A DNA stretch of 58,956 bases from Actinomycetota bacterium (GTDB lineage Bacteria > Actinomycetota > Geothermincolia > Fen-727 > Anoxymicrobiaceae). Below are positions 30,318-39,889 of this stretch, in pieces; the stretch's first letter is position 1; every line of letters starts with the position of its first letter. The position numbers and the translations under genes are program-made. The stretch is from positions 1-58,956 of the forward strand of contig JAFGMY010000170.1 in assembly GCA_016927325.1 (NCBI GenBank). The letters are read 5' to 3'. The notes beneath the pieces were generated by a model. It did not search any database. It was not told the origin of the DNA and was given only the letters and a program-made list of their open reading frames with translations.

Positions 30318-32264
30318 CTAGCCGTTCAGCGACTGTTCTACCAGGTCGCGAAGGGTGCTGATCATCCTGTTGAAAGCGATTTTCAGGCTTTCCAGCTCTT
30401 CCCCGGGGCGTATCTTGACCTGCACGTCCAGGTCGCCTTCCATGACCTGGTTGGCAACCGCAGTGAGTTCGTCTATCGGCCCGGTGATCTGCTTTCTGAT
30501 CAGATATGTCAGGGCAGCGACGGTTATGAGTATCATCGCGAGTATCGATATCCCTATCACGATTCCCATGGTCAGGGTGAGCTTGTTGTTTTCCCTGTCA
30601 TAGAAATTATTGATAGCCTCAACCTGCTCTCCCATCGGCTTGAAGTCGACCAGAAGTATTTCCATCGACCCTGCTGAACCCGAGTTGAGCCGGAAACTCG
30701 TTGCCAGGTAAGGCTCGTTAAGCCCCATCTCGGGTATGCCGTCCGGGAAGAACAGGAAACTGTCTTCGTCTTTATCAAAGAACTCGAGAATCTCCTCCGG
30801 AGGCTCCAGGTACATATACTTGTCGTCGCTCGAGAATATCACCAGGTAATCGCTGGTGAGCGGTCCCGGTGCCAGTATGCAGTAGATTATGGAGTAGCGG
30901 AGCAGGCCGTATTCAACCATGTAACGCAGAGACTGGTTCAATTCGGCTTGAACCGGGGATACCGTTTTACTGCTGATCGCGCTGATGATGTCCCTGATGG
31001 AACTTTCACTGGTGGTGCCCTGCTGATCTGTCGTTTCTTCCAGCAGGGTCGTGAGTCTGGATCCAAACTCGTGACTCGAAAGGGTGAGTTCTCCTTCCGT
31101 TTCGATCAGGGTCTCCTTGCTTCTCGCCACCAGAGAGTCCATGGATTTTCTTATCGACAGCATCGAGAGTACTCCGGCTGCGATAAATACGATCGTAAAC
31201 AGGGCTATTACCTGGAACAGTATGGTGGATTTGGGCTTAATATATGATTTTGGAGCGGTCTTGCCGGTCTCACCGCCCGCTTCTTCAGCGAGAGTCTTTG
31301 ACACTATTGCAGAGATGCTGGAAATCATCTCGTTGAAAACCCGCTTGAGACCCGAGAACTCCTCCCGGTGGTGTATTTCCAGCCTTACTTCCATGTCTTT
31401 GTTCATCACCTTTTCGGCGGCAGCGGAAAGCTCTTCGATCGGCTTGGTGATCCGCTTCTTGATAAGGTAGCCCAGAACCAGGAATGAAATGATGAGCAGG
31501 CCGACTATCGAAAGCCCCATTACCAGGCCGAGGGCCAGCATGGCGTTTCCGCTCTCCTTCTGATAGAAGGAGTCGATGCCGGACAGCAGGTCTCCCATCG
31601 GCTTGAAATCGAAGTACCAGAAAATCTCGTCGGAAGAACCTTCACCGGAAGAAATACCGTCGCCGGTGAATTCATACGATGTAACGAGGTACTCTCCCTC
31701 GAGCCCCATCTCCGGTATCCCGTCTTCGAACAGCCTGAACTCTTTCTGGTCGGTAAGGAGCTCCGCTATATCGGCAGGCACTTCCTGAAATATGTACTCA
31801 TCCTGGTTTGACGCGACGATTACCGGTTTGCCGTCAGTTCCCGCGGCTGGCGGAACAGCGAAATATCCGATCTCGAAACCGAGTATGCCGCTTTCAACCA
31901 TCTCTTTGAGAAGATCGCTTATTATTACCTGCGAAGGGGATTCCGCGTTCCGGTCTATCGCGCTGCGGAACTCCTGATCCAGTGCTTTGAAGTCCGACGA
32001 ACCGCTATTGAGGACCTGCAAATGCATTATCATGCCGGCAACGAAGCCGTGGCTTGATGAAACCAGCGAGGCGACAGAATCGACAACTTTAGCCTTGCTG
32101 TTGTTCGCTAACTGATCCAGGGATCTCTTGAACGTTATCAAACCTATGACTGAAGCGACGAGAAAGATCGTGAGTACTATTGCGGTTATCCGCAAAGATA
32201 TTCCAAGGCTGGCCTTTCTGCGGTATCCGTTCCCGGACTTACTATTTTCCATATGTTTGCTCAA
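30318..32264 (-). CDS. Membrane protein with two tandem TM-sensor-TM-HAMP modules and no output domain
   Basis: Internal duplication. Module 1 reads ...FEDGIPEMGLEGEYLVTSY..FDFKPMGDLLSGIDSFY..TM..ITKPIEELSAAAEKVM. Module 2 reads ...FPDGIPEMGLNEPYLATSF..VDFKPMGEQVEAINNFY..TM..ITGPIDELTAVANQVMEGDLDVQV. The protein ends 20 aa after the second HAMP. Confidence 0.75.
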   Translation of the reverse strand: MSKHMENSKSGNGYRRKASLGISLRITAIVLTIFLVASVIGLITFKRSLDQLANNSKAKVVDSVASLVSSSHGFVAGMIMHLQVLNSGSSDFKALDQEFRSAIDRNAESPSQVIISDLLKEMVESGILGFEIGYFAVPPAAGTDGKPVIVASNQDEYIFQEVPADIAELLTDQKEFRLFEDGIPEMGLEGEYLVTSYEFTGDGISSGEGSSDEIFWYFDFKPMGDLLSGIDSFYQKESGNAMLALGLVMGLSIVGLLIISFLVLGYLIKKRITKPIEELSAAAEKVMNKDMEVRLEIHHREEFSGLKRVFNEMISSISAIVSKTLAEEAGGETGKTAPKSYIKPKSTILFQVIALFTIVFIAAGVLSMLSIRKSMDSLVARSKETLIETEGELTLSSHEFGSRLTTLLEETTDQQGTTSESSIRDIISAISSKTVSPVQAELNQSLRYMVEYGLLRYSIIYCILAPGPLTSDYLVIFSSDDKYMYLEPPEEILEFFDKDEDSFLFFPDGIPEMGLNEPYLATSFRLNSGSAGSMEILLVDFKPMGEQVEAINNFYDRENNKLTLTMGIVIGISILAMILITVAALTYLIRKQITGPIDELTAVANQVMEGDLDVQVKIRPGEELESLKIAFNRMISTLRDLVEQSLNG

Positions 32265-32432
32265 GGGACCGCCATTCTGTTGAAGGATCGTTAATTCCTG
32301 CTACATATACTGAATCGGAAGAACCGGTGGTTTTATTAAAGGTTCCGTAAACCATTTGGGTTAGTTTCGTCGGAAAAATGGTGGAGTACTTGTCATGCAT
32401 TGTGCTCAGGCGCGTCGGGCAAACGAAGATAA

Positions 32433-32618
32433 TCAGCCGTCAAGCGACGGTTTGATCAGGCTGCGCACGGGGCCGATTGTCCTGTTGAAAGCGATCTTCC
32501 TGCTTTCCAGCTCTTCCCCGATGCGTATCTTGACCTGCACTTCCAGGTCGCCTTCCATGACATCGTTTGCGATAACCATAAGTTCGTCGATTGGATCGGT
32601 TATCTGTTTCCTCATCAG
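32433..32618 (-). pseudogene. 3' remnant (HAMP end only) of a third copy of the sensor-HAMP gene
   Basis: Encodes LMRKQITDPIDELMVIANDVMEGDLEVQVKIRIGEELESRKIAFNR...SLDG, colinear with the C-terminus of the 30318-32264 gene. The 81-nt cores 32481-32561 and 30366-30446 match at about 75 of 81 positions by hand alignment. The sequence upstream of the fragment is non-homologous. Confidence 0.6.
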
Positions 32619-32723
32619 AACAGTGAGTGGATTCACGGTCAATCCATATTGCAACAGCCGCCGGACGGTGTAAACTTGTCTTGCTCGGGCGCCGCCCGAC
32701 GGTGAGTATTTACGGGGGTTATT

Positions 32724-33941
32724 TTGGCCGGTCATCGATCTGATAGAAGTAAGCCGGAAAGCATAAAGCTGGGCAAAACGGTAAAAGTCCTTGGTTTTGT
32801 CAGCCTGTTCACCGACGCTTCGACGGAGATGATATACCCGCTGCTGCCGATATTCCTTTCCTCGGTGATAGGAGCCGGCCCGGCCTTTATCGGTCTGATA
32901 GAAGGCCTCGCGGAAGGCACCGCGAGCGTTTTAAAGGCGTTTTCCGGTTACATTTCAGACAGGGTGCAGAAACGGAAGGCGCTGATATTCGCCGGGTATG
33001 GCCTTTCCGCGGTGGCGAAACCGTTTTTCGCGGTGACAAACGCCGCATGGCAGGTTCTCCTGATACGGTTCATCGAAAGGGTGGGGAAAGGTATACGCGC
33101 CGCTCCCCGTGACGCTATGATAGCTGACACAACCTCCCGCGGCGCGTACGGAAGGGCTTACGGCTTCCACCGCGGGATGGACACGCTGGGTGCGGTGATC
33201 GGACCCGGGATAGCATTTTTCTTGATGTGGCTGCTCCGCGGTCATGGAGACTCCGCTTACCGCTGGGTATTCTTTTTATCCATCGTTCCCGGATTCATCG
33301 CTGTCGCGCTAATCGTATTCCTGCTTAAGGAAACGAAGTTTCATTCCGAATCCCATTTCCCGGGAATAAGGCTCGCGGGATTCAACCGGGGCTTCAAGAC
33401 ACTGCTTGTCATCGTTGTGCTGTTCACCCTTGGCAACTCGAGCGATGCGTTTTTACTTCTGAAAGCGCAGGACGTGTTCGAGTCCGCGGGGATCGGCCCG
33501 CAGATGATACCGGTCCTCATCCCGCTCCTGTGGATGACGTTCAACGTGGTACACAGTGCTCTGGCGATGCCATGCGGAATACTGTCCGATAACATAGGGC
33601 GAAAGAAAACACTGCTGCTCGGTTTTCTGCTTTACGGCATGGTCTATATGGGGTTCGCGTTCGTAAACAATACGGTTGTTTTATGGCTTCTGATGGCCGC
33701 ATACGGCGTCTTTTACGGCCTTACTCATGGAGTGATAAGCGCATACGTCGCTGATCTGGCGCCCGAGAACATGAAGGGAACAGCTTTCGGGCTTTATCAT
33801 ACGGCCGACGGAGTGGCAAAACTTATCGCAAGCGTCCTGTTCGGGGTTTTATGGCAACTCGTTTCACCCGCGTTCGCGTTTCTGTCAGGCTCGCTTCTCG
33901 CCGTCGCGGCCGCTTTCTTTCTGTGGCTTTTTGGCGAGTGA
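32724..33941 (+). CDS. MFS transporter (12-TMS)
   Basis: FVSLFTDASTEMIYPLLPIFL start, motif-A-like GYISDRVQKRK, and 12 hydrophobic segments. Confidence 0.85.
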   Translation: MAGHRSDRSKPESIKLGKTVKVLGFVSLFTDASTEMIYPLLPIFLSSVIGAGPAFIGLIEGLAEGTASVLKAFSGYISDRVQKRKALIFAGYGLSAVAKPFFAVTNAAWQVLLIRFIERVGKGIRAAPRDAMIADTTSRGAYGRAYGFHRGMDTLGAVIGPGIAFFLMWLLRGHGDSAYRWVFFLSIVPGFIAVALIVFLLKETKFHSESHFPGIRLAGFNRGFKTLLVIVVLFTLGNSSDAFLLLKAQDVFESAGIGPQMIPVLIPLLWMTFNVVHSALAMPCGILSDNIGRKKTLLLGFLLYGMVYMGFAFVNNTVVLWLLMAAYGVFYGLTHGVISAYVADLAPENMKGTAFGLYHTADGVAKLIASVLFGVLWQLVSPAFAFLSGSLLAVAAAFFLWLFGE

Positions 33942-33967
33942 GAGTGCGGCGCCACGGGGTTTCCGGT

Positions 33968-35710
33968 TCAGGTGTTTATGGTCTTAAAGAGGGCTTCCGC
34001 CGCCGTTTTTGGGCCGGAAACTTCGTACCCGGCTATTCCAAGCCGGGTCCTGAGCTGTCCGATCCTGGTCCCGCTTTGCATCATATTTTCAAAGAAAGAT
34101 CTTGATATGCGGACGTGTTCTTCTTTCTTCTGGGAGGCGCCGAACGGATTTGCGAAGTATGTCTCGACAAGGCCCTTTTCGTCGGTGGTGCCCTTGGAGA
34201 ACCTTTTCCCGCTGTCAAATACGGAGATGGCGCTTTCCGGGTCATCGAAAAACTCTATGGCTGGATGTTCCGGATCGACATCGTCGTAGTTATTGGCATA
34301 GAGCAGGAAGTCCACCGGGTGTCCGCTTATGATCCTGTCGTAAAGCGTAATCGGAATAACCACGCGGGCGTTGGTCATCTGGGGGTTCATGAATATTGAC
34401 CGGTCTACCTCCGAGTAGGCGTACCCCGGTTCCAGGTCGTCCAGCCTGACGAAAGCGCCGATTTCAGTGCCGAAAGACAGCACCTCCCCATCGTCGCCTT
34501 CAGCCAGTACTCCCATATCGTCGAAGATGACTTCGAGGTCGCTGATATGCTTTTCGGCGAGGGACCTGAACGCTTCCAGGGACTCCGATTTTCCGGTTCC
34601 ACTGTCGCCCACTATTATTACACGCGCTTTCTTCCCGGTATTCAGGGTTATCACCGCCATGGCTCCATGCAGCGGAAACCTGCCGGAGTCGATCATCCTG
34701 ATGTTGTGAAGGGTCAGTGACATTTTCTTGATATAACCGAAATAGTCGATATCCTCCCCGCCGGACACGAGCCCCAGAACGATGCCGTTCTCCGGGTCTT
34801 CATAGTAAACTGTCTTCCTTTCTCCAAGAAAACCGCCCGGCCCGAACACCAGCAGGCAGTCGGGGTTACCTTCCATGATTTCATCGGCGTTAGCGAGCTC
34901 GAAAAGGTTGGCCAGGCTCACGCCGAGATGAAGGAAATCGACATGAAAGTAGACAAATGTTTTCAACAAACCTATCTTGACAGGTATGCAGAACCACTCC
35001 TCTTTATCCAGGGTCAGGCTGTCCAGCGGATTTTCAGCGGCAGGTTCGAAGGCCCCGCTTCTCTTATTGCTCTTTGTGTAGTAGATAAGCGGGGGCTCAA
35101 TTATAACCTGCTGTATGAAAGGAATGGACTCGAGCCTGCTGTAAATGTTTCCTGACGCTTTCCAGGGTATCTTCTCGACAACCAGCGCCGCGCCGGCTCC
35201 ACTCGGCAACTGCCTGTACACTTTGAACGGGGTCCCGGTAAGATTGTCGGAAATCCTGCGGTATGTTTCCCTCACGAGTTCCTTGAAATCCTGGGAAGAT
35301 TTTCTGAAATAGTCATGGTACTCCCTGGTCATGACTCTTGTTACGCGGTACTCCTCCTCGAAAACCAGGAACCTCTCGGTCTTCCGCCAGTAGTCGTAAA
35401 GCTCTTCGACGAAATAATTCAACTGACGGCTGACTTCCGGAAGAAAACCAAGTTCTTCGTGATGTGCCGCAAGCTGTTCCGGGGTTTTCTCAAGCAGGTT
35501 TATCAGCAGCTCGATCAGCGGATTGACGTCGTACGGCTCTTTCGCATCGTTGTCCAATAGACCATTGCTTTTAAGGAAGCCGACATGTGATGAGTTCCGC
35601 TCGAACAGTCTCGAAATGTATTTTGACAGTACCTTCTCGAACTGGCTGCTCAGCAGAAGATCCACCGGCGTCCTGCAAAGATCTTCACTTCTGACTATTA
35701 TTCTGTTCAT
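33968..35710 (-). CDS. Uncharacterised protein with an HprK / PEP-carboxykinase-like P-loop domain
   Basis: LHGAMAVITLNTGKKARVIIVGDSGTGKSESLEAF resembles the HprK/P P-loop (GxSGxGKSE). Downstream IFDDMGVL, GTEIGAFVRL and NARVVIPI recall ATP-PEPCK kinase motifs. The N-terminal ~330 aa are unassigned. Confidence 0.5.
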   Translation of the reverse strand: MNRIIVRSEDLCRTPVDLLLSSQFEKVLSKYISRLFERNSSHVGFLKSNGLLDNDAKEPYDVNPLIELLINLLEKTPEQLAAHHEELGFLPEVSRQLNYFVEELYDYWRKTERFLVFEEEYRVTRVMTREYHDYFRKSSQDFKELVRETYRRISDNLTGTPFKVYRQLPSGAGAALVVEKIPWKASGNIYSRLESIPFIQQVIIEPPLIYYTKSNKRSGAFEPAAENPLDSLTLDKEEWFCIPVKIGLLKTFVYFHVDFLHLGVSLANLFELANADEIMEGNPDCLLVFGPGGFLGERKTVYYEDPENGIVLGLVSGGEDIDYFGYIKKMSLTLHNIRMIDSGRFPLHGAMAVITLNTGKKARVIIVGDSGTGKSESLEAFRSLAEKHISDLEVIFDDMGVLAEGDDGEVLSFGTEIGAFVRLDDLEPGYAYSEVDRSIFMNPQMTNARVVIPITLYDRIISGHPVDFLLYANNYDDVDPEHPAIEFFDDPESAISVFDSGKRFSKGTTDEKGLVETYFANPFGASQKKEEHVRISRSFFENMMQSGTRIGQLRTRLGIAGYEVSGPKTAAEALFKTINT

Positions 35711-35939
35711 TTTCCAATCATCCCTCTTCAGGTTACGGGCTGTTTATCAGTGAATTAACATAATAGTGCATTATGGAAAAGCCAGAGTTCAAGAAATATA
35801 GAAAAAAACTTCATTTCAGGCAATGGTCAGACTGTCCGGATTCACGTCTTGTGCTCTGGTGGAAGAAGGATATAAGGTAAGTGCTTGTCTGATAATGTTG
35901 GTCAGGTTGTGTGTATAACCGGGAGAAGGTGACTATCTG

Positions 35940-36467
35940 GTGGATGGCGAAAAACGGGAATCTGTTTCGATATGCCGGGAAGGCCTTGAAGAGTATCCGA
36001 TCTCCAGGGTTATTTACGGCAACACGGTGATGCTTGTATGGATCGGGCTCGGAACCTTCGCCTGCTTCATGCTTGACCCCATAGCTGCATGGATATACCT
36101 GGGAGTTTCTCTGGTTACGGTCTTTATTGTGCTCCGTATCATGGTCTGTACTCGCTGCTATTATTACGGAAAGCGGTGTCACTCAGGATGGGGCAGGCTG
36201 GCTTCACTGATTGCGAAGAGAAAAGACATTGAGGGTTTTAATGACGGTATAGGCGTCAGGGCTGCCCCCGCGGTATACGGCCTTTTAAGCCTGGTCCCGC
36301 TGGTAATTGGAACGATCTCGGCAATAATGGACTTTTCGATATTAAAGGTTATCGTACTGGCAATTCTGCTCCTGACAGGGTACTACAGCGGCGCGATCAG
36401 CAGGAAATCTGCCTGTGCCGAATGCAAAATGCGAGAATTCTGCAGGGGCGCCGTGGTTTCCGATTGA
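35940..36467 (+). CDS. Hypothetical integral membrane protein with two Cys clusters
   Basis: Four hydrophobic helices. CTRCYYYGKRC lies after TM2 and CAECKMREFC at the C-terminus. The start is uncertain. Confidence 0.4.
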   Translation: MDGEKRESVSICREGLEEYPISRVIYGNTVMLVWIGLGTFACFMLDPIAAWIYLGVSLVTVFIVLRIMVCTRCYYYGKRCHSGWGRLASLIAKRKDIEGFNDGIGVRAAPAVYGLLSLVPLVIGTISAIMDFSILKVIVLAILLLTGYYSGAISRKSACAECKMREFCRGAVVSD

Positions 36468-36562
36468 GCAATGGCTAAGTTGTTCTATCACGACAGGGAC
36501 ATATTAGATTCAGCTTGTTGCTATACCATGAATCACTGATCAAAGTACATGACTGAGGGTGG

Positions 36563-37129
36563 TTGGTGTTGTTCTTTAAAGCGCTTGCATCGTCGCTGGG
36601 TCTTGTTTTCATAGCGGAACTTGGCGACAAGACCCAGATTGCGGTACTTACCCTGGCTGCGAGGTTCGGTTTTCTGCCCGTATATGCCGGCGCGGGGTTG
36701 GCATTTATTCTGCTTAATGCCCTCGCTGTATCGGTCGGTACAGTACTGTACAGCTTCGTTCCGGAAGAGGTCATTAGGTATGCGGCGGCCGCGGTTTTTA
36801 TAATTTTCGGGTTGCTGTCTTTCCGGCCTGAAAAAGAAGAAGAGGAAAGCGATGGTAAGAGCAAAAACCCATTTGTCAAATCTTTCCTGGCGATAATACT
36901 TATGGAGTTCGGGGACAAGACGCAGCTTTCATTGATAGCACTTTCTGCTAAGTACTCTTCCCCGATCGGAGTTTTTCTCGGCGGTACGGTTGCGCTCCTT
37001 CTGGCTACCGCTCTCGGCGCACTGGCTGGAAAGGGTTTGAGCAAAGTGATTCCCTTGAAGTGGATCAGGTGGATATCAGGAGTTGTGTTCATCGTATTCG
37101 GTATACTCATGGCGGTGAGTATATGGTAG
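36563..37129 (+). CDS. UPF0016 / GDT1 (TMEM165) family cation (Mn2+/Ca2+) transporter
   Basis: Two copies of the family hallmark E-x-G-D-K-T: AELGDKTQ and MEFGDKTQ, separated by an acidic loop (EKEEEESD). Confidence 0.85.
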   Translation: MVLFFKALASSLGLVFIAELGDKTQIAVLTLAARFGFLPVYAGAGLAFILLNALAVSVGTVLYSFVPEEVIRYAAAAVFIIFGLLSFRPEKEEEESDGKSKNPFVKSFLAIILMEFGDKTQLSLIALSAKYSSPIGVFLGGTVALLLATALGALAGKGLSKVIPLKWIRWISGVVFIVFGILMAVSIW

Positions 37130-37569
37130 AAAACGGGCTGAGAGAAAACGATAAGATACAGGTGAGGTCAACAGGATTTTACGCAGGCCTTATAACGGGG
37201 TCGCTCCCGATGATTATGGGGGCGTGCGCCTCATTCCTTCCATGGATGATTCTTTCTCCGGGACCCATACACACCGGATCCGCGCCTGGACTTACCGGTT
37301 TCGAGCGGGGATGGGGCTGGGTAAGCTTTGCCGCCGCCGTTCTGGCACTGGCGTGTTTCCTGGTTGGCATGTACGTAAACGGCAAGTGGTTTATTGTCGG
37401 AGCACTGGTGTGTAACTCCATAGTAACCGGAGTCTTGATCTATAACCTGAAATTTGCCGGAGGAGAATATTACGGTTCGGCGCCCTGGGGCCTTCTTGTC
37501 GGCATGTTCGGAGGGATACTGGGGATTATCTTCATGTTTTTCGCTTTCATGACCGTAACTTCTAAATAA
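37123..37569 (+). CDS. Hypothetical membrane protein
   Basis: Start ATG 37123 overlaps the upstream stop (ATGGTAG). Four hydrophobic helices. No family recognised. Confidence 0.45.
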   Translation: MVENGLRENDKIQVRSTGFYAGLITGSLPMIMGACASFLPWMILSPGPIHTGSAPGLTGFERGWGWVSFAAAVLALACFLVGMYVNGKWFIVGALVCNSIVTGVLIYNLKFAGGEYYGSAPWGLLVGMFGGILGIIFMFFAFMTVTSK

Positions 37570-37880
37570 ATACCGGAGCCCCATCCTTCCTGATACTGCA
37601 AAAGTTGTATCCTGATTCAGTTCGCCTGTTGAGTTTCACATCTCACTCATGAAATGAAATTCGTGTTTGCCTGTGAATTCCCGCCAAGAGGAGATGGGCG
37701 GTAAAAGATGAAAGAGAATATGAGTCTGAGGACAGATAGAATTTAGAATACAGGAGTCATGAGCTGGTAGGGAAAATATTGACCGGGTTAATGGCAATAG
37801 AAAGTTTGCGATCCGATTTTCTTTACTCTAACTTCTATCTTCCAAATTCTTGATTCTAATGCTGCGGAGAAGGGACTAAA

Positions 37881-39581
37881 ATGACTATACTGCTTAACCC
37901 GAAGGACTATTCTGGTGAGTTCCCCGACCGGCGAACCGATGAGATAATGCGGCGGACAATCGATTTCTTCGAGGCTAAAGGCAGGGGAAAATCAAAAAAG
38001 GACGACCATGAGCGGTTGTGGTACGTGGATTTCCTGGAGTTTCAAAAAAGAGAGGGTGTGTTTTCCACACTGCTGACTCCCGAGGATTATGCTCTCGACC
38101 CCGATTCGAGATGGGACACCTGGCGAAACTGCGCTTTCAACGAGATTACCTCGTTTTACGGCCTGGCCTACTGGTACACATGGCAGGTTTCCATTCTAGG
38201 GCTGGGGCCGATATGGATGAGTGGAAACGAAGTTGTGAAAACCAGGACCGCGAAGCTCCTGCGCGAAGGCGGGATATTCGCCTTCGGGCTTTCTGAAAAA
38301 GAGCATGGCGCCGATCTGTACTCCACGGAGATGACGCTCACCCCCCTGGGCGACGGAAACTACCTGGCCAACGGAAGAAAGTATTATATCGGGAACGCCA
38401 ACGAGGCTGCACTGGTTTCCACGTTTGGCAAGGTAGCCGGCTCGGATGATTTCGCTTTCTTCGTAGTGGGCGACCGAGACGGCAACTTCGAAGTTGTCAA
38501 GAATATCGTAAATTCACAGAATTTCGTGGCCGAGTACGCCCTGAACGATTATCCCGTTACCGACAGGGAGATACTGTCTAAAGGCCGGGATGCGTGGGAC
38601 TCCGCTTTGAACACGGTCAACATCGGTAAGTTCAACCTGGGATGGGCAAGCATAGGGATCTGCACGCATGCTTACTATGAGGCTGTCGACCATGCTTCGA
38701 ACCGCTTCCTGTTCGACCACTATGTTACAGAGTTTGCCCACGTCAGAAGGATGTTCGCAGACGCGTACGCCCGGCTGACCGCCATGAAACTGTTCGCTTT
38801 GCGGGCTTCCGATTACATGCGCAGCGCCACGGCCGATGACAGGCGTTACCTGCTTTACAATCCGATGGTTAAGATGAAGGTAACGACGCAGGGAGAAGAG
38901 GTAATAAATCTTTTATGGGATGTCATAGCGGCGAAAGGTTTCGAGAAGGACATGTACTTCGAGGCCGCAGCCAGGGACATCAGGGCGTTACCCAAACTCG
39001 AGGGTACCGTGCATGTCAATATGGCGCTTATCATGAAGTTCATTCCAAACTTTTTCTTCAACCCCGGGCGGTTTCCGGATATCCCAAAAAGAGACGACGC
39101 GGCGGACGATTCTTTTCTTTTCGACCAGGGGCCCACCAGGGGCTTGAGCAAGATTCAGTTCCACGATTTTAATATTGCCTATGAGACCGCCGATCTTCCC
39201 AACCTGCATGTGATGAAGGAGCAGATAGAACTATTGAAGCGGTTGCTTGTCGCCGCTCCTCCCACCGGTGAACAGGTCGAGGACTTTGATTTCCTGCTGC
39301 AGTTGGGGGAGTTGTTCACGCTGGTGGCGTACGGCCAGCTGATTATCGAGAGCGCGCGGATCTACGATGTTCCCGATTACCTGCTGGACTATATCTTCGA
39401 TTTCCTGGTCCGCGACTTCTCGAAGTTCGCGCTCCAGCTTTATTCAAAGAGTTCGAGCACCGGAACACAAATGAATATCTGTCTCTCCATGATAAGGAAG
39501 CCTGTTTCCGATGATGCTGTTTATTCGAAGGTTGTGGACGAGGCCTTATCGCTTAAGGGCCGGTACCGGTGGAACGATTAA
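37881..39581 (+). CDS. Acyl-CoA dehydrogenase family protein (long, about 560-aa subgroup)
   Basis: FGLSEKEHGADL..TEMTL (ACAD middle domain), YYIGNA, and a C-terminal helical domain with ARDIRALPKLEGT. Confidence 0.75.
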   Translation: MTILLNPKDYSGEFPDRRTDEIMRRTIDFFEAKGRGKSKKDDHERLWYVDFLEFQKREGVFSTLLTPEDYALDPDSRWDTWRNCAFNEITSFYGLAYWYTWQVSILGLGPIWMSGNEVVKTRTAKLLREGGIFAFGLSEKEHGADLYSTEMTLTPLGDGNYLANGRKYYIGNANEAALVSTFGKVAGSDDFAFFVVGDRDGNFEVVKNIVNSQNFVAEYALNDYPVTDREILSKGRDAWDSALNTVNIGKFNLGWASIGICTHAYYEAVDHASNRFLFDHYVTEFAHVRRMFADAYARLTAMKLFALRASDYMRSATADDRRYLLYNPMVKMKVTTQGEEVINLLWDVIAAKGFEKDMYFEAAARDIRALPKLEGTVHVNMALIMKFIPNFFFNPGRFPDIPKRDDAADDSFLFDQGPTRGLSKIQFHDFNIAYETADLPNLHVMKEQIELLKRLLVAAPPTGEQVEDFDFLLQLGELFTLVAYGQLIIESARIYDVPDYLLDYIFDFLVRDFSKFALQLYSKSSSTGTQMNICLSMIRKPVSDDAVYSKVVDEALSLKGRYRWND

Positions 39582-39889
39582 CCGGAATCGGGCAGAAGAC
39601 AGGCGCCGGGGTTAATTACCATATTGACCGGTGTCAGTCCAAAGCGGCCCTGCACTGTCCATTGGAGTAAAGACCTCAGCGTGTGTCCCCCTTGCAGAAC
39701 GGATACCGCCTTGTCGGGATTACCGCCGAAGCCCCATGCCTCGAAACTGTCCCTGATACTGTTCATTCCGTCCCGCTTTGTACTTTCGTAACATTCCGCA
39801 CCGACGGGTGGTATGAGATCCACTTACCTTCCATTGTGTTTGCTCCAGTTACAGGCTGGACGGTCCATTGAGCAGACACCGGACACGGT

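Noticed and set aside
36468-36562. Expected a yybP-ykoY Mn2+ riboswitch upstream of the UPF0016 transporter gene
   Set aside because: The spacer is under 100 nt and lacks the conserved GGGGAGUAG and GAGAC cores of that riboswitch as I remember them. A covariance-model scan is needed to be sure.
39578-39889. 81-aa minus-strand ORF (GTG 39823) in frame with the thioesterase gene, separated from it by two TAA-bounded segments and overlapping the ACAD stop by 4 nt
   Set aside because: No motif or RBS is present, and it is bounded by TAA immediately upstream of its start. The in-frame arrangement after the thioesterase stop looks coincidental. It may be a degraded gene fragment, but I cannot support a call.
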